Source: Heterodontus francisci
Taxonomy: Eukaryota
Assembly (NCBI RefSeq): GCF_036365525.1
Contig: NW_027141363.1
Span: 186,001-250,000, forward strand
Reading direction: 5' to 3'
DNA: 64,000 nt
Below, piece after piece: positions 49,620 through 61,032 of this stretch; positions within the stretch are counted from its first letter, which is position 1, and each line of letters starts with the position of its first letter. The notes beneath the pieces were generated by a model. The model searched no databases and was not told the origin of the DNA. It saw nothing but the letters and a program-made list of their open reading frames with translations. Position numbers and translations under genes: made by a program.

Positions 49620-49659
49620 CCCAGGGATCCCTACATAGGGAAAAATAAAGAGAAAATGA

Positions 49660-50220
49660 GAGAGAGAGAGAACAGCTGAGAGGGAGCAAGGGAGAGGTAG
49701 AGTGAGGCAGAGACAGAGAGAAAGAGAGACAGACTGATCGACAAAGCCACTGAGAGATGGAATGATTCAGGCAAAATAAGTTAGACAGAGAGAGAGAGAG
49801 AGAATGAGAGACATAGTGACAGATAGAGAGAATGAAGCAGTAGGAGGTGTAGAGACAGACAAGGAGAGACAGAGCGACACAGAGACAGGAAATGAGAGGA
49901 GATTGTCAGAATTAATGAGAGAGAGAGAGAGAAAAATGAGTGAGTGTGTGTGAGAGAGAAATAGAGACAGACAGCAAGAGTAAGTGAGAAAATGAGAGGC
50001 GAGAAAGAGAGGGGAAGGATAGAAGACAGTGAGATAAAGAGAGAGAATGAGAATGTGTGTGTGTGTGAGAGACAGAAAGAGCAACAGAGCAGAGAGGAAC
50101 TGAGAGAAAGAAAGACAGACAGGGATAAAGAAAGAGAATGAGAGTGAGTGTGTGTGAGAGAGGAAAGATAACAAGGGCAACAGAGACAAAGAAACAGACA
50201 TGAAGAGAGAGAAAGGAAAC
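49660..50220 (+). repeat. GA-rich low-complexity tract
   Basis: (ga)n and (gt)n runs. Confidence 0.8.
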
Positions 50221-50329
50221 AATTTTACAGAACAATGAAAACCATGTTTTTTTAATCAATATTGGTGAAGTCTGATGGGTTTCCTGGTCCTAGCTCGCCC
50301 TCTGCTGTCCCCCTGGAGGAGAAAACCCC

Positions 50330-51350
50330 CAAAAAGACAAAAACAACTGCAGCAGAAAAAAACACTCACAAATTCAACAACAACCTCAACAGGGAAAACG
50401 CCAACAAATTCAACAACAACTTTAACAGAAGAAAAACACCAACAAATTCAACGACAACCTCAACAGGAAAAACACCAACAAATTCAACAACAACCTCAAC
50501 AGGAAAAACGCCAACAAATTCAATAACAACTTCAGCAGGAGAAAAACACCAACAAAGTCAACAACAACTTCATCAGGAGAAAAACACCAACAAAGTCAAC
50601 AACAACTTCAACAGGAGAAAAACACCAACAAATTCAACAACTTCAACAGGAAAAACACCAACAAATTCAACAACAAATTCAGGAGAAAAACACCAACAAA
50701 TTCAATAACAACGTCAGCAGGTGGAAAAAACACCAATAAATTTAACAACAACTTCAACAGGAAAAACAACAATAAATTCAACAACAACATCGAGAAAAAA
50801 ACACCAATAGATTCAACAACAACTTTATCAGGAGGCAAACAGGAAAAAATACAAAAATAACTGAAGCAGAAAAATAACCCACTAACAAGCTCAGCAATAA
50901 CTTCAACAGGAGAAATATAAAATACTAATAAAATCAACAACAACTTCAACAGGAGAAAAACACCAACAAAGTCTACAACAACTTTAGCAGGAGAAAAACA
51001 CCAACAAAGTCAACAACAACCTCAAGAGGAAAAGCACCAACAAATTCAACAACAAGAAAAACACCAACAAATTCAACAGCAACTTCAGCAGGAGAAAACA
51101 ACAACAAATTCAATAACAACCTCAACAGGGAAAACGCCATCAAATTCAACAACAACTTCAACAGGAAAAACTCCAACAAAGTCAACAACAACTTCAGCAG
51201 GAGAAAAACACCAACAATTTCAACAACAACCTCAGCAGGAAAAACAGCAACAAATGCAACAACAACTTCAACAGGAAAAACACCAACAAAGTCAACAACA
51301 ACTTCAGCAGGAGAAAAAAACCAACAAATTCAACAACAACTTCAGCAGGA
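50330..51350 (+). repeat. CAA-rich ~36-38-bp tandem repeat (aaaacaccaacaaattcaacaacaacttcagcagga)n
   Basis: Visible degenerate array. Confidence 0.9.
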
Positions 51351-51479
51351 TCTGCACATTGTCTGTTCGTGGGATCTTGCCTTGTAGAAACTGGCTGCCA
51401 CACTTCCTGCATTACAGCAGTGGCTGTACTTCGAAACAGTAGCAAAGAGTATGGGAATAGCAAAACATATGAGATTAGC

Positions 51480-52370
51480 AAAACTGTGAGATCTTGGGCT
51501 TCATAAATAGAGGCACTGCCTACAAAATATGGGAAGTTATGCTGAATCTTTATAAAGCTCTAGTTAGGCCACAACTGGACAATTGCATCCAGTTCTGCGC
51601 ACCACACTTTAGGAAGGAGGTGAGTTTCCTTGAGAGGGTGTAGAGGAGATTTACCAATATGATTCCGGGGATAGGGGATTTTAATTACAAGGTTAGGTTG
51701 GAAAACCTGGAGAAAATGAGATTGAGTGGAGACCTGATAGAGGTGTACAAGATTGTGACAGGTTTAGATGAGGATCACAAAGAAAAGCTGCTCCTCACCC
51801 AGGAGTCAGTTCCCCAGCTCCACTGACTAGTCCCACAGTGTTGGTGTTCCTGCTCCTCGCTCCAGCTGCAGGGAAGTTACAGCACAGAAATAGATCATTC
51901 GGCCAGACACGTCCATGCAGGCCTTTTTGGTCCACACGAACGTCGTTCCACGCCCACTTCATCTCGCCACAAGCCACATCTCCTTCTGTTCCTCTCTCCC
52001 TCATGTCCTATGCAGCTTCCCCACCCCCACCCCCCAGCTTAAATACATCTTGCCTATTCCCCTCAGCCTGTGGTAATGAGTTCCACATTCTCCCCACTCT
52101 CTGGGTGAAGATGTTTCTCCTGAATTCCCAATTGGATTTATTGGTGACTGTCTTATATTGATGACCCCTCCCCCTTTTTCTGGACTCACCCGCAAATGGA
52201 AAAAATCTTCTCTACATTTATCTGATCAAAACCACTTTCATAATCTTAAAGAGCTCTATCAGGTCACTCCTCAGCCTTCTCTTTTTTGGAGAAAAGAGAC
52301 CCAGTCTGTTCAGTCTTTTCCTGATCATTATAACCTCTCAGTTCTGATATCATCCTTGAACATCTTTCTG
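51480..52370. mobile_element. CR1 fragments (+ 51480-51790; - 51880-52370)
   Basis: ctttataaagctctagttaggccacaactgga and typical CR1 3' sequence. Confidence 0.7.
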
Positions 52371-52467
52371 TGTCTTCTTCATGTCGAAGACATGTTCACA
52401 CTGCAATAGATAAACCAAACAGGATACAGAGCTGCGGGCTTTTATCTGAAACAGGTGTTTCTGTTGG

Positions 52468-52506
52468 TGTTTTTGTTGAACTGCTCCGTCTCTCTGAGTC
52501 ACTGTG
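52468..52506 (-). other. 23-RSS (cacagtg / 23 bp / acaaaaaca)
   Basis: Heptamer 52500-52506, spacer 52477-52499, nonamer 52468-52476. Confidence 0.92.
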
Positions 52507-52999
52507 CTGACTCCAGGCACAGAAATACGGGGCCGAATGATTCTCCCGCAGGCTGGTGGACTCCAGGTTGAAGTGGGAGCCAGTCGGTCGCTTGGCTGTG
52601 AAACCCTCCACAGTTCCCTCTGAGTTCACACTTGGTGTAGCTGCGGAGTAAAACATCAGCCGCGGCTCCTTCCCCGGGTCCTGTCTGTACCAGAACATGG
52701 AACCGCTGCTCTCACCCTCCACACGGCACTCCAGTCCCACTCCCTCCCCAGGAAATCTGGAGACGGCGGTGGGAGCCTGGCGGACCCTCACTGAGATTGC
52801 GCCTGGGGGAAGAGACCGGGAGAGAAGAAGGTCAGTGAACAGGGACAATCTGGGATGTGAAGAATGAAACAAGGAGAGAAAGATAGAGAGAAAGAAAATA
52901 AGAAAGACAGCTGTTAACACAAATAATGGGGGTGTGGGGTGGTGGTGAGAAAGATCCCTTACTTTGAAATAAGACCATGAGACTCAGTAACAGATACAT
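52507..52999 (-). CDS. TRBV: T-cell receptor beta variable segment, apparently functional (leader 52963-52999, V exon 52507-52802)
   Basis: MYLLLSLMVLFQ-S-AISVRVRQAPT...LECRV...MFWYRQ...FTAKRP...SAPYFCAWS; in-frame phase-1 intron; Cys/Trp/Cys intact; 23-RSS. Confidence 0.88.
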
Positions 53000-53159
53000 C
53001 TTTCACTGGAAGCTGAACCTGCAATTGGGAAATCAGTGGAAAGAAGAGAGTTGAGTCTTGTGAGAAGCCACATGAAGACTCAAGCAAGTGATTGAGGTTT
53101 GCCCAACACCTCCCTCCCTGATGGGGAACCCACGCCCCTCTCTCTACCATTGGCTGCCA

Positions 53160-53760
53160 GTAGTTGCTGTTGCATTTGTTGGTATCATTCTGCTGCTGAA
53201 TTTGTTGTTGTATTTGTTGTTGTATTTGCTGGTGTTTTTCTCCGACTGAGGTTGTTGGATTTGTTGTTGCTTGAATCTCCTTCTGAGGTAGTTGTTGTAA
53301 TAAAAGCAAAATACTGCGGATGCTGGAAATCTGAAATAAAAACAAGAAATGCTGGAACCACTCAGCAGGTCTGGCAGCATCTGTGAAAAGAGAAGCAGGA
53401 TTAACGTTTCGGGTCTTCATCGGAACTGACAAATATTAGAAAAGTCACAGGTTATAAGCAAGTGACGTGGGGGTGGGGCTAGAGGTAACAAAGGAGGTCT
53501 AGATTGGACCAGGCCACATAGCTGACCAAAAGGGCACGGAGCAAAGGCAAACAATATGTTAATGGTGTGTTGAAAGACAAAGCATTAGTACAGATTAGGT
53601 GTTAATACACTGGTGGAGGTAGTTGTTGTGTTTGTTGGTGTTTTCCCTGCTGAGGTTTTAGTTGTACTTGGTTCCTTCCCTGCTTAAGTTGTTGTTCAAT
53701 TTGGTTTTTGCATGTTGAGGTTGTTGTTGTATTTTTTGGAGTTTTTTTTTCCCCTGCTGA
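53160..53760 (-). repeat. CAA-rich repeat (TTG orientation) interrupted by a Penelope-like fragment (~53300-53610)
   Basis: gttgttgt units on both sides of aaatactgcggatgctggaaatctgaaat...ctcagcaggtctggcagcatctgtg. Confidence 0.65.
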
Positions 53761-54994
53761 GTTTATTTTCTCTTTTTCAATTCATTCATGAGATTTTGGT
53801 TGAGGCCAGCATTTATTGTCCATCCCTAATCATCTAATTGAGAAGGTGGTGCTGAGCTGCCTTCTTGAACCGCTGCAGTCACGTGGGATAGGTAAACCCA
53901 CAGTGCTGTTAGGAAGGGAGTTTCAGGATTTTGACCCAGTGACAGTGAAGAAACTGTCTTGGCCCCAAAACAAGGCAGCAGGTTGACGGGTCTTATTGGG
54001 TCATAGTGTCATGCAGGTCAAATCCAGGCCATTCAGCCCATCGATCCTAGCCTGGCAGCTCGAAAGAGCGACCTCCTCCCATCTTTCTTCATCTTACCCT
54101 ATCAACAGATTCTTCTATTCCTTTCTCACTCATGTATTTATTCAGCTCCCCTTTAACTGCATCGTCTCTATTCGACCTCAACCCATTCCATTTGGTCTGT
54201 AATTCCACATTCTCACCGCTCCCTGGGAAAAAGAACCTTCTCCTGAATTCCCAATTGGATTTATTAAGGACTACCTTAAATTTATGATCCCTGGTTTCAT
54301 CTTCCCTGTCCAATTACTCCCACTCCCTGTTCTTTCTGAATGACCCTGCACTTGATCTTGCAGCTTGTCTGCCTCCTTCCCTACATTACAACAGTGACTG
54401 CATTTCAAAATGTATTTGACTGGTTGAGGCTTGAGTGAAGCAGAGAGCTGTGGGGCCGAATGGCGCGGATGTATGCATCAACTTCCATCTAGTTCTGGGC
54501 CACAAGCGCCAACACGAGTCGAGTAGGAGAATATAACTGATGACTGAAACAGGTTCAGGGTCTGACACTGAAACGCCTGCAGAATCGGTGCTTGCAGTTG
54601 CAGCTGGAGCCACTAGGTGCCAGTGGTACTCCACTGCATCCGCTGCCCAGCACATGCTCAGACAGAGTGAGCTTTACCCACAGCAGCTCCACAGGTCAAC
54701 TCGGCTGCTTCTGAAATGTTTCACTTCTCAACTATTTCACCCACACGGAAAAACGCAGTTAGACTTCATCATGTTTGGTCTTTAATATTGACCAGAGGCC
54801 CCCCGGATTCCCCTGAGGCCTCCTTAGCTCAGCCCCGGGAATGACCTGTCAACATGTCAACATGTGGGACCCAATGAACCATCAGGAATTTGCACCCCCA
54901 CCCTCCCCACCCCCAATGGGAACATGAAACAGTGGGGAGGAGGGGACAGTAAATGTCACTCAGAACATTGAGATATTCTGCAATAAAACAGCTC

Positions 54995-55004
54995 AGTGAT
55001 TTCA
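54995..55004 (+). promoter_or_regulatory. TRBV decamer (CRE-like) motif agtgatttca
   Basis: 9/10 match to AGTGAYRTCA, ~35 bp upstream of the leader ATG at 55039. Confidence 0.3.
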
Positions 55005-55038
55005 CACAATGAACACATGGATCTGTCTCCCTCCAGAG

Positions 55039-55277
55039 ATGACTGTGTCTCACCTCTTGGTTGTGTTCCTGGTGTTAAAGGGTAAGGTGGAACTGGACTG
55101 AGAGATGTCAGTCATCCTCACTGCTCTTTCCCTGTGTGACCCCACACCGCCAGGAGACCCAACAACACCCATTTTTACCTGGACTCCTCCAGCCTTTTGG
55201 CGAATCAATCAGCCGTGTATTACTGTGTCTGGAGACTGCACAGTGACTCATAAAGGCGCCGGAGTTCAGCAAAAACT
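55039..55277 (+). pseudogene. TRBV: TRBV pseudogene with internal deletion (leader 55039-55081, FR3 remnant 55146-55238, 23-RSS 55239-55277)
   Basis: Leader MTVSHLLVVFLVLK|gtaagg; remnant TARRPNNTHFYLDSSSLLANQSAVYYCVWR; RSS cacagtg/23/gcaaaaact. Confidence 0.85.
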
Positions 55278-55359
55278 CTGAAGGGGGAGGAAAGCACTTG
55301 TGGGAGATAAACCTGTCTGTCTATCTCAGTGTCTTTCTGTCTCTCGGATTATCTGCGAG

Positions 55360-55507
55360 NNNNNNNNNNNNNNNNNNNNNNNNNNNNNNNNNNNNNNNNN
55401 NNNNNNNNNNNNNNNNNNNNNNNNNNNNNNNNNNNNNNNNNNNNNNNNNNNNNNNNNNNNNNNNNNNNNNNNNNNNNNNNNNNNNNNNNNNNNNNNNNNN
55501 NNNNNNN
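55360..55507. other. Run of N (assembly gap or masked sequence)
   Basis: 148 Ns flanked by atct-rich simple repeats. Confidence 0.95.
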
Positions 55508-56371
55508 TATATTGCACCATTTATCTATCGATTTATCTCGATCATATATATATATTTGCCATCGATTTATCTCTCTGTCTCTCACCTCTCTAAATATCCA
55601 TCCACCATATATCTGACGTTTATCATCTATCTAACACCATTATTTACACCATACCAGTTTAATTATTGATATATCATGATTTGTATTTTACTGATAGTTT
55701 GATCCTCTTGCTCTCCTTCGACTCAGAGTACATCAATACATTATGAATTATTAAAAATGCTGCAGCAATGTGCTCAGATCCTTCTCGTTCAGGCAGCCTC
55801 TACCTGTAAAGAACAGATTCCGAGGTGGGGTAAATGGGCTCATGGTCCTGTTGAATGAGCTGTCGGTGGTATGTGACAAGAGTTACACATAGCTCCCTGT
55901 TGTACATGTCCCCAATGATTCAATCAATGCAAAAGTGAGACACCTCCCCAGATAGGTCTCTCACTGGAACACCTGCCTCCTGACGGCGGTTTGAGCATCT
56001 GTTCAAAACAGTTAACCCACTTCTTCATGACACTGTCTCTTTTCAAAGTATCTAAGATTTCACCCCAATGTAAAACATAACCCTTGAATTGTCGTTTAGC
56101 ACAGGGGAAATAACTTTTGATCTGCCGAATACAAACAAGCAACTTGATGTGTCTTATATATTTATAGAATCATACAGCAGAGCCGAGGCCATTCAGCCCA
56201 TCGAGCCTGGCCCGGCTGTTCGAAAGAGCTACCCTTCAACACCAATCAGACACAAGCAACGAGAGCCAGATACAGACGGGAAGCAGTTCCTTATTCAATC
56301 TCCTTTCGGCCAGGGGGTGTTATTATTCCGTCATACCCAGAAGTGAGGGGTCAGAAGGAAACCCTGATTCC

Positions 56372-56381
56372 AGTGCTGTCA
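56372..56381 (+). promoter_or_regulatory. TRBV decamer (CRE-like) motif agtgctgtca
   Basis: 9/10 match to AGTGAYRTCA, ~70 bp upstream of the leader ATG at 56453. Confidence 0.35.
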
Positions 56382-56452
56382 TTTCCGCTCTCTGCTTTAT
56401 CTTCAGCCGCCTGATATTGGTTCATGAACAGATTCAGCCCCCAGTCTGCAGG

Positions 56453-57267
56453 ATGCAGTTAGTCAAACTCTTCCTAATCGTCTGTTCTCTTCTTCCATGT
56501 AGGTATTCATCCTTCATAAAGATACCTCTGCTAAAATACATGCTGTGTTTTCATTCACTGCTAAGTTCTATCAAACTAGATTGATAAAACATCATTGCAG
56601 TCGATTTTCTGTCATTTCTTCACTACATTCTTTAATTTCACTGCAAATAATATTGGCTTAATGAAATTTTTGACTGAATGAAAGTAACTTATATATTCGT
56701 GACTCTACTACAGCTATCTTTAACTGATAAGTTTGCCCTAATTCTGGGTTAATTTGTCTGTCTCATGTCACTTGCTACATTATTTTTCAATCTCTATATC
56801 TATCTGTTTATTATCTATATATCTACAAATATATCATTTAACTATATATTGTTTGCCTATATAGTTATCTAGTATTATCTACTTATCTATCTGGACAGTT
56901 ATAGTTGGTTATCATATGTCACAATATGTTCCAAACTTTTTTAACTATTCTCCTTGTTTCTCAAGGCAAAACTCTAGCAGAGGTGATACACCAGTGGCCA
57001 ACTCTGGTGGCAGTGAAGGGAGGCGAACCAGCAGAATTAAACTGTTACCAGAATGACAGTAGTAAGAGCGTTATGCTGTGGTATCGGCAGTACGCCGGGC
57101 AGGGGCTCACCCTAATGGGCTATTCTTACACTGGAAGCTCACCCACGTACGAAGGAAAATTTGAAGAGGAGGTGAAGATTATAAGGCCCGAGGACAAACG
57201 ATGCAGCCTGAGGGTCCTCAAGGTTAAGGCTGCGGATGCGGCGGTGTATTACTGTGCAGCCAGGGAG
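56453..57267 (+). CDS. TRBV: T-cell receptor beta variable segment, apparently functional (leader 56453-56498, V exon 56966-57267)
   Basis: MQLVKLFLIVCSLLP-C-KTLAEVIHQWP...LNCYQ...MLWYRQ...LMGYSY...YEGKF...DAAVYYCAARE; in-frame phase-1 intron. Confidence 0.9.
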
Positions 57268-57306
57268 CACAGCGCTGCAGACTGCCTTAGTGCCAGTACA
57301 AAAACC
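57268..57306 (+). other. 23-RSS (cacagcg / 23 bp / acaaaaacc)
   Basis: Heptamer 57268-57274, nonamer 57298-57306. Confidence 0.92.
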
Positions 57307-57669
57307 AACAGGGTGAACAACACAACTGACTGACATACAGGAGCAGTGACAATGGTTAATGTCTCTCCCTGCCTCACCAGCCGTTTTCCAAGCTGGTGAT
57401 TCCCGGATTCCTGAACCTTCATCAAGGGCTGAATGACAGGGAATAGCAGAAGGTCCGAGGAAGAGAGAGAAGGAAAGAGAGAGATGTGTCTCAGATCCCC
57501 TGCAAAATTTCAAAGTCCTCGTCTACACTGTTTAATTTCTGGCACTGTGGATGTTAAAACTAAATCACTGTCGCTGTCTCATACTTGATTAATTAAAAGG
57601 TTAATTAATGATGTAAATAAGACAGATAGTTAACATCACCATTGTGAAGTGATCGATAGAGTATCAATC

Positions 57670-58195
57670 ATCTACAAGGTACAAGTCAGGAGTGTGATGG
57701 AATACTCTCCACTTGCCTGGATGGATGCAGCTCCAACAACACTCAGGAAGCTCAACACCAGTTCGGAAAAAGCATCCCGCTTGATCAACACCCCATCTAC
57801 CACCTTCAACACTCACTCCCTTCAGCACAGTGGCAGCAGCGTGTACCATCGACAAGATACATTGCAGCAAAGCATCGAGTGTCCTTAGACAGCACCTTCC
57901 AAACCCACCAACTCTACCACCAGAAGGACAAGTGGAGTAGACTCATGGGAACACCACCACCTGCAAGTTCCCCTCCAAGCAACACACCATCCTGACTTGG
58001 AACTATATCGCCGTTTCTTCACTGTCACTGGGTCAAAATCATGGAACTCCCTTCCAACAGCACTGTGGGTGTACCTACCCCCCATGGTTCAAGAAGGCAG
58101 CTCACCACCACCTTCTCAAGGGCAATCAGTGTTGTGAAATAATTGCTGGTCTTGTGAAAGAAACTCACGTCCCATGAACGAATAAGAAAAAAAAA
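57670..58195 (+). mobile_element. LINE 3' end with A-rich tail
   Basis: IYKVQVRSVMEYSPLAW peptide; ends aataagaaaaaaaaa; related copies at ~48017-48400 and ~53780-53955 (minus). Confidence 0.75.
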
Positions 58196-58521
58196 TTATA
58201 AAAAGTCTTCCACGACTTCAAGACGTCCCAAAACAGTTAACAGCCAATTAAGAACTGGAAAATGATGGTCAGATCCTCTGCTATTTCTTCCCTTGCTTTG
58301 ATTTTTTTTTATTCATTCTGGGGACCTGGGTCCCTCTGAGAAGGCCAGTAGTTATTCAACATCGCTAATTGCATTGGAGAAGGTTTGTGCTGCCTTGTAG
58401 ATAACTGAAGGGCTTGCTAAGTCATTTCAGAGAGCAGTGTACTTAAAACACGGAATAGAATTGGTGTACAGCACCATGCCATGGGCAGCATAGACAGGCA
58501 GATAGATAGCTGGGAAGGCAG

Positions 58522-58711
58522 NNNNNNNNNNNNNNNNNNNNNNNNNNNNNNNNNNNNNNNNNNNNNNNNNNNNNNNNNNNNNNNNNNNNNNNNNNNNNNN
58601 NNNNNNNNNNNNNNNNNNNNNNNNNNNNNNNNNNNNNNNNNNNNNNNNNNNNNNNNNNNNNNNNNNNNNNNNNNNNNNNNNNNNNNNNNNNNNNNNNNNN
58701 NNNNNNNNNNN
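58522..58711. other. Run of N (assembly gap or masked sequence)
   Basis: 190 Ns within gata/gaca simple repeats. Confidence 0.95.
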
Positions 58712-59059
58712 TAGATCCGAAGACAGACAGACAAAATGATAGGTAGGTAGACAGACAGATGGATTCATACAGATCGAGAGACAAATTGACACAGATAGAC
58801 AGACAGACAGACAGCCATGCAGATAGATAGATAGAAAGAAAGATAGACAGATAGCCACAGAGATAGGCAGCTAGATAGCTATATAGATAGACAGGCAGGC
58901 ATATCTTTTTCTCCATCTCTCCATCTATCTCTATCACTATCTCTCTTTTTCTCTAACTTTGTTTTTCTCCATATCATCATCTCTGACTCTGTCTCGCACT
59001 GTGTCTCTCTGTCACTCCTTGGCACTTTCACGTACACTCTATCACTCTAATAGTACCAA

Positions 59060-60620
59060 AGAAAGTTTAAGGCACAGCAAGAGGCCACTTGGCCCATCAT
59101 GTCAGTGGCAGCCGAAAAAATGATCCACCTATTCAAATCCCACCTTCCAGCATTTGGTCCATAGCCCTGCAGATTACGGCACCTGTGGTGCATAACCAGA
59201 CTCCTTTTGAATGAGTTGAGGGTCTCTGCCTCAACTACCCATGGGTGAAAAAGAAAAAAAGATTTTCCTTATCTCCCCTCTAATTGTTCTACCAATCACT
59301 TTAAATCTATGCCCCCTCGTAACTGATGTTTCTGCCAAGATGAATTGACCCTTCACCTCCACTCTATCCAGACCCCTTCAATATTTTGTACATTTCAAAC
59401 AGACCTCCCCTCAGCTTTCTCTGTTCCAAGGAGAACAACCCCAGCCTATCTGATCTTTCCGCATAGCTGCATTTTCCAGTTCTGGCAACATCCTCGTAAA
59501 TCCCCTCTGTACCCTCTCTAGTGCAATTACATTCTTTCTGTAATGAGGTGACCAGAACTGCACACAGTACTCAAGTTGTGGCCTAACCAATGAGTTATAC
59601 AGTTCCAGCATAACTTCCCTGCTCTTGTATTCCATACCTCAGCTAATAAAGGAACGGATTCCATATGCCTTCTTAACCACCTTATCGACCTGTCCTGCTA
59701 CCTTCAGTGATCTGCAGACATTCACTCCAAGGTCCCTCACTTCCTCTGCACTTCTCAGTATTTTCCCATTAATCGTGTATTCCTTTGCCTTGTTTGACCT
59801 CCCCAAATGCATCACCTCACACCTCTCCAAGTTGGATTCCATTTGCCACTGTTCTGCCCATCTGACAAGACCATCAATATCTTCCTGCAGCCTACAGCTA
59901 TCCTCCTCGCGATCTACCACACCGCTCATCCTTGTGTTGTCTACATACATTTGGATTATGCCCCCCTACATTTACATCCAAATCGTTAATAAATACCACA
60001 AAAAGCAGGGAACCCAGTGCTGAGCCCTGTGCAACGCCACTGCAAACAGCCCTCCAGTCGCTAAAACACCCATCAACAATTACCCTTTGTTTCCTGCCAC
60101 TTAGCCAATTTTGTATTCACCTTGCTGCATTTCCCTGGATCCCATGGGATTTTGTTTTTTTAACCAGTCTGCCATGTGCAGCCTTTTCAAAAGCCTTGCT
60201 AAAATCCAGGTAGACCACGTAAACTGCACGACCCTCATCTATCTTCCTTGTTACTACTTCAAAAAATTAGATCAAATTGATAAAACAAGATCGTCCCTTA
60301 ACAAATCTATGCTGACTATCCTTGATTAACCCATGCCTTTCTAAGTGACAGTTTATCCTGTCTCCCAGAATAGATTGCAATAATTTGCTCACTACTGAGG
60401 TCAGACTGACTGGCCTGTAATTAGTCAGTCTATCCTTCTCTCCCTTTTTAAACGGAGGCACAACATTAACAATTCTCCAATCCTCCGGCACCACACCTGT
60501 GAGGACTGCAAAAAGATGGTCAGACCCTCTGCTATTTCTTCTCTTGCTTCTTTTTGCAGCTTCGGATTCATTTCATCCGGCCCTGGTGATTTATCAACTT
60601 TCAAGGATGCTAATCCAAAT
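59060..60620 (-). mobile_element. CR1 LINE fragment (RT and 3' end)
   Basis: Peptides VPEDWRIVNVVPPFKKG, NYRPVSLTS, LVRPQLEYCVQFWSP. Confidence 0.88.
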
Positions 60621-60639
60621 AATGTTTCCTCCCTCAGCT

Positions 60640-61032
60640 TCGCTCCCTTAAACCCAGAGCAACCAGCAGAAAGTGTCTTAGATCCGCCGCAAACATGCCA
60701 TTCAATTTCATCGACGTTTGCTATTTTCCTTCTGTCGCTGAGTATGTTTAAATTCTGTCACAATCACTGTTTTACATTTGATCAACTGATTAATGATCTC
60801 AACAAGACTGTGCGGCGGTGACTTGTGAAATCAGCAATCAATTATTGAATATAAGACATTGAACTCATTAATCTGTTCCCCCTTTTTTGGCAACAAAAGT
60901 GTGAAGAATATACTGTTAACCATATAACATCTACACCCACTTTTGCTCATGTAGATTTCACTCTTCTGCTTTACATCTGTACAGATACTGGCAGGAAATT
61001 AGGACAAAGACTGAATTTGTATCGTTAATTCT
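60640..61032 (+). pseudogene. Orphan duplicated TRBV leader + intron (frameshifted, no V exon)
   Basis: Homologous to ~61730-62135; leader 60695-60741 is 47 nt versus 46 nt in the paralog. Confidence 0.75.

Noticed and set aside
49438-49632. Possible pre-T-alpha/TCR-alpha-like TM exon (R..xxK....D) and a cacactg/23/aaaagaatc RSS-like motif on the minus strand
   Set aside because: The TM reading needs two compensating frameshifts, the nonamer is poor and no V precedes it; a degenerate leader exon is the simpler explanation.
50262-51481. Thr/Asn/Gln-rich mucin-like ORFs
   Set aside because: CAA-rich tandem repeat with variable unit length and frameshifts; the same repeat occurs in both orientations nearby.
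55298-58937. ORFs spanning the N runs
   Set aside because: Artefacts of undefined bases and flanking simple repeats.
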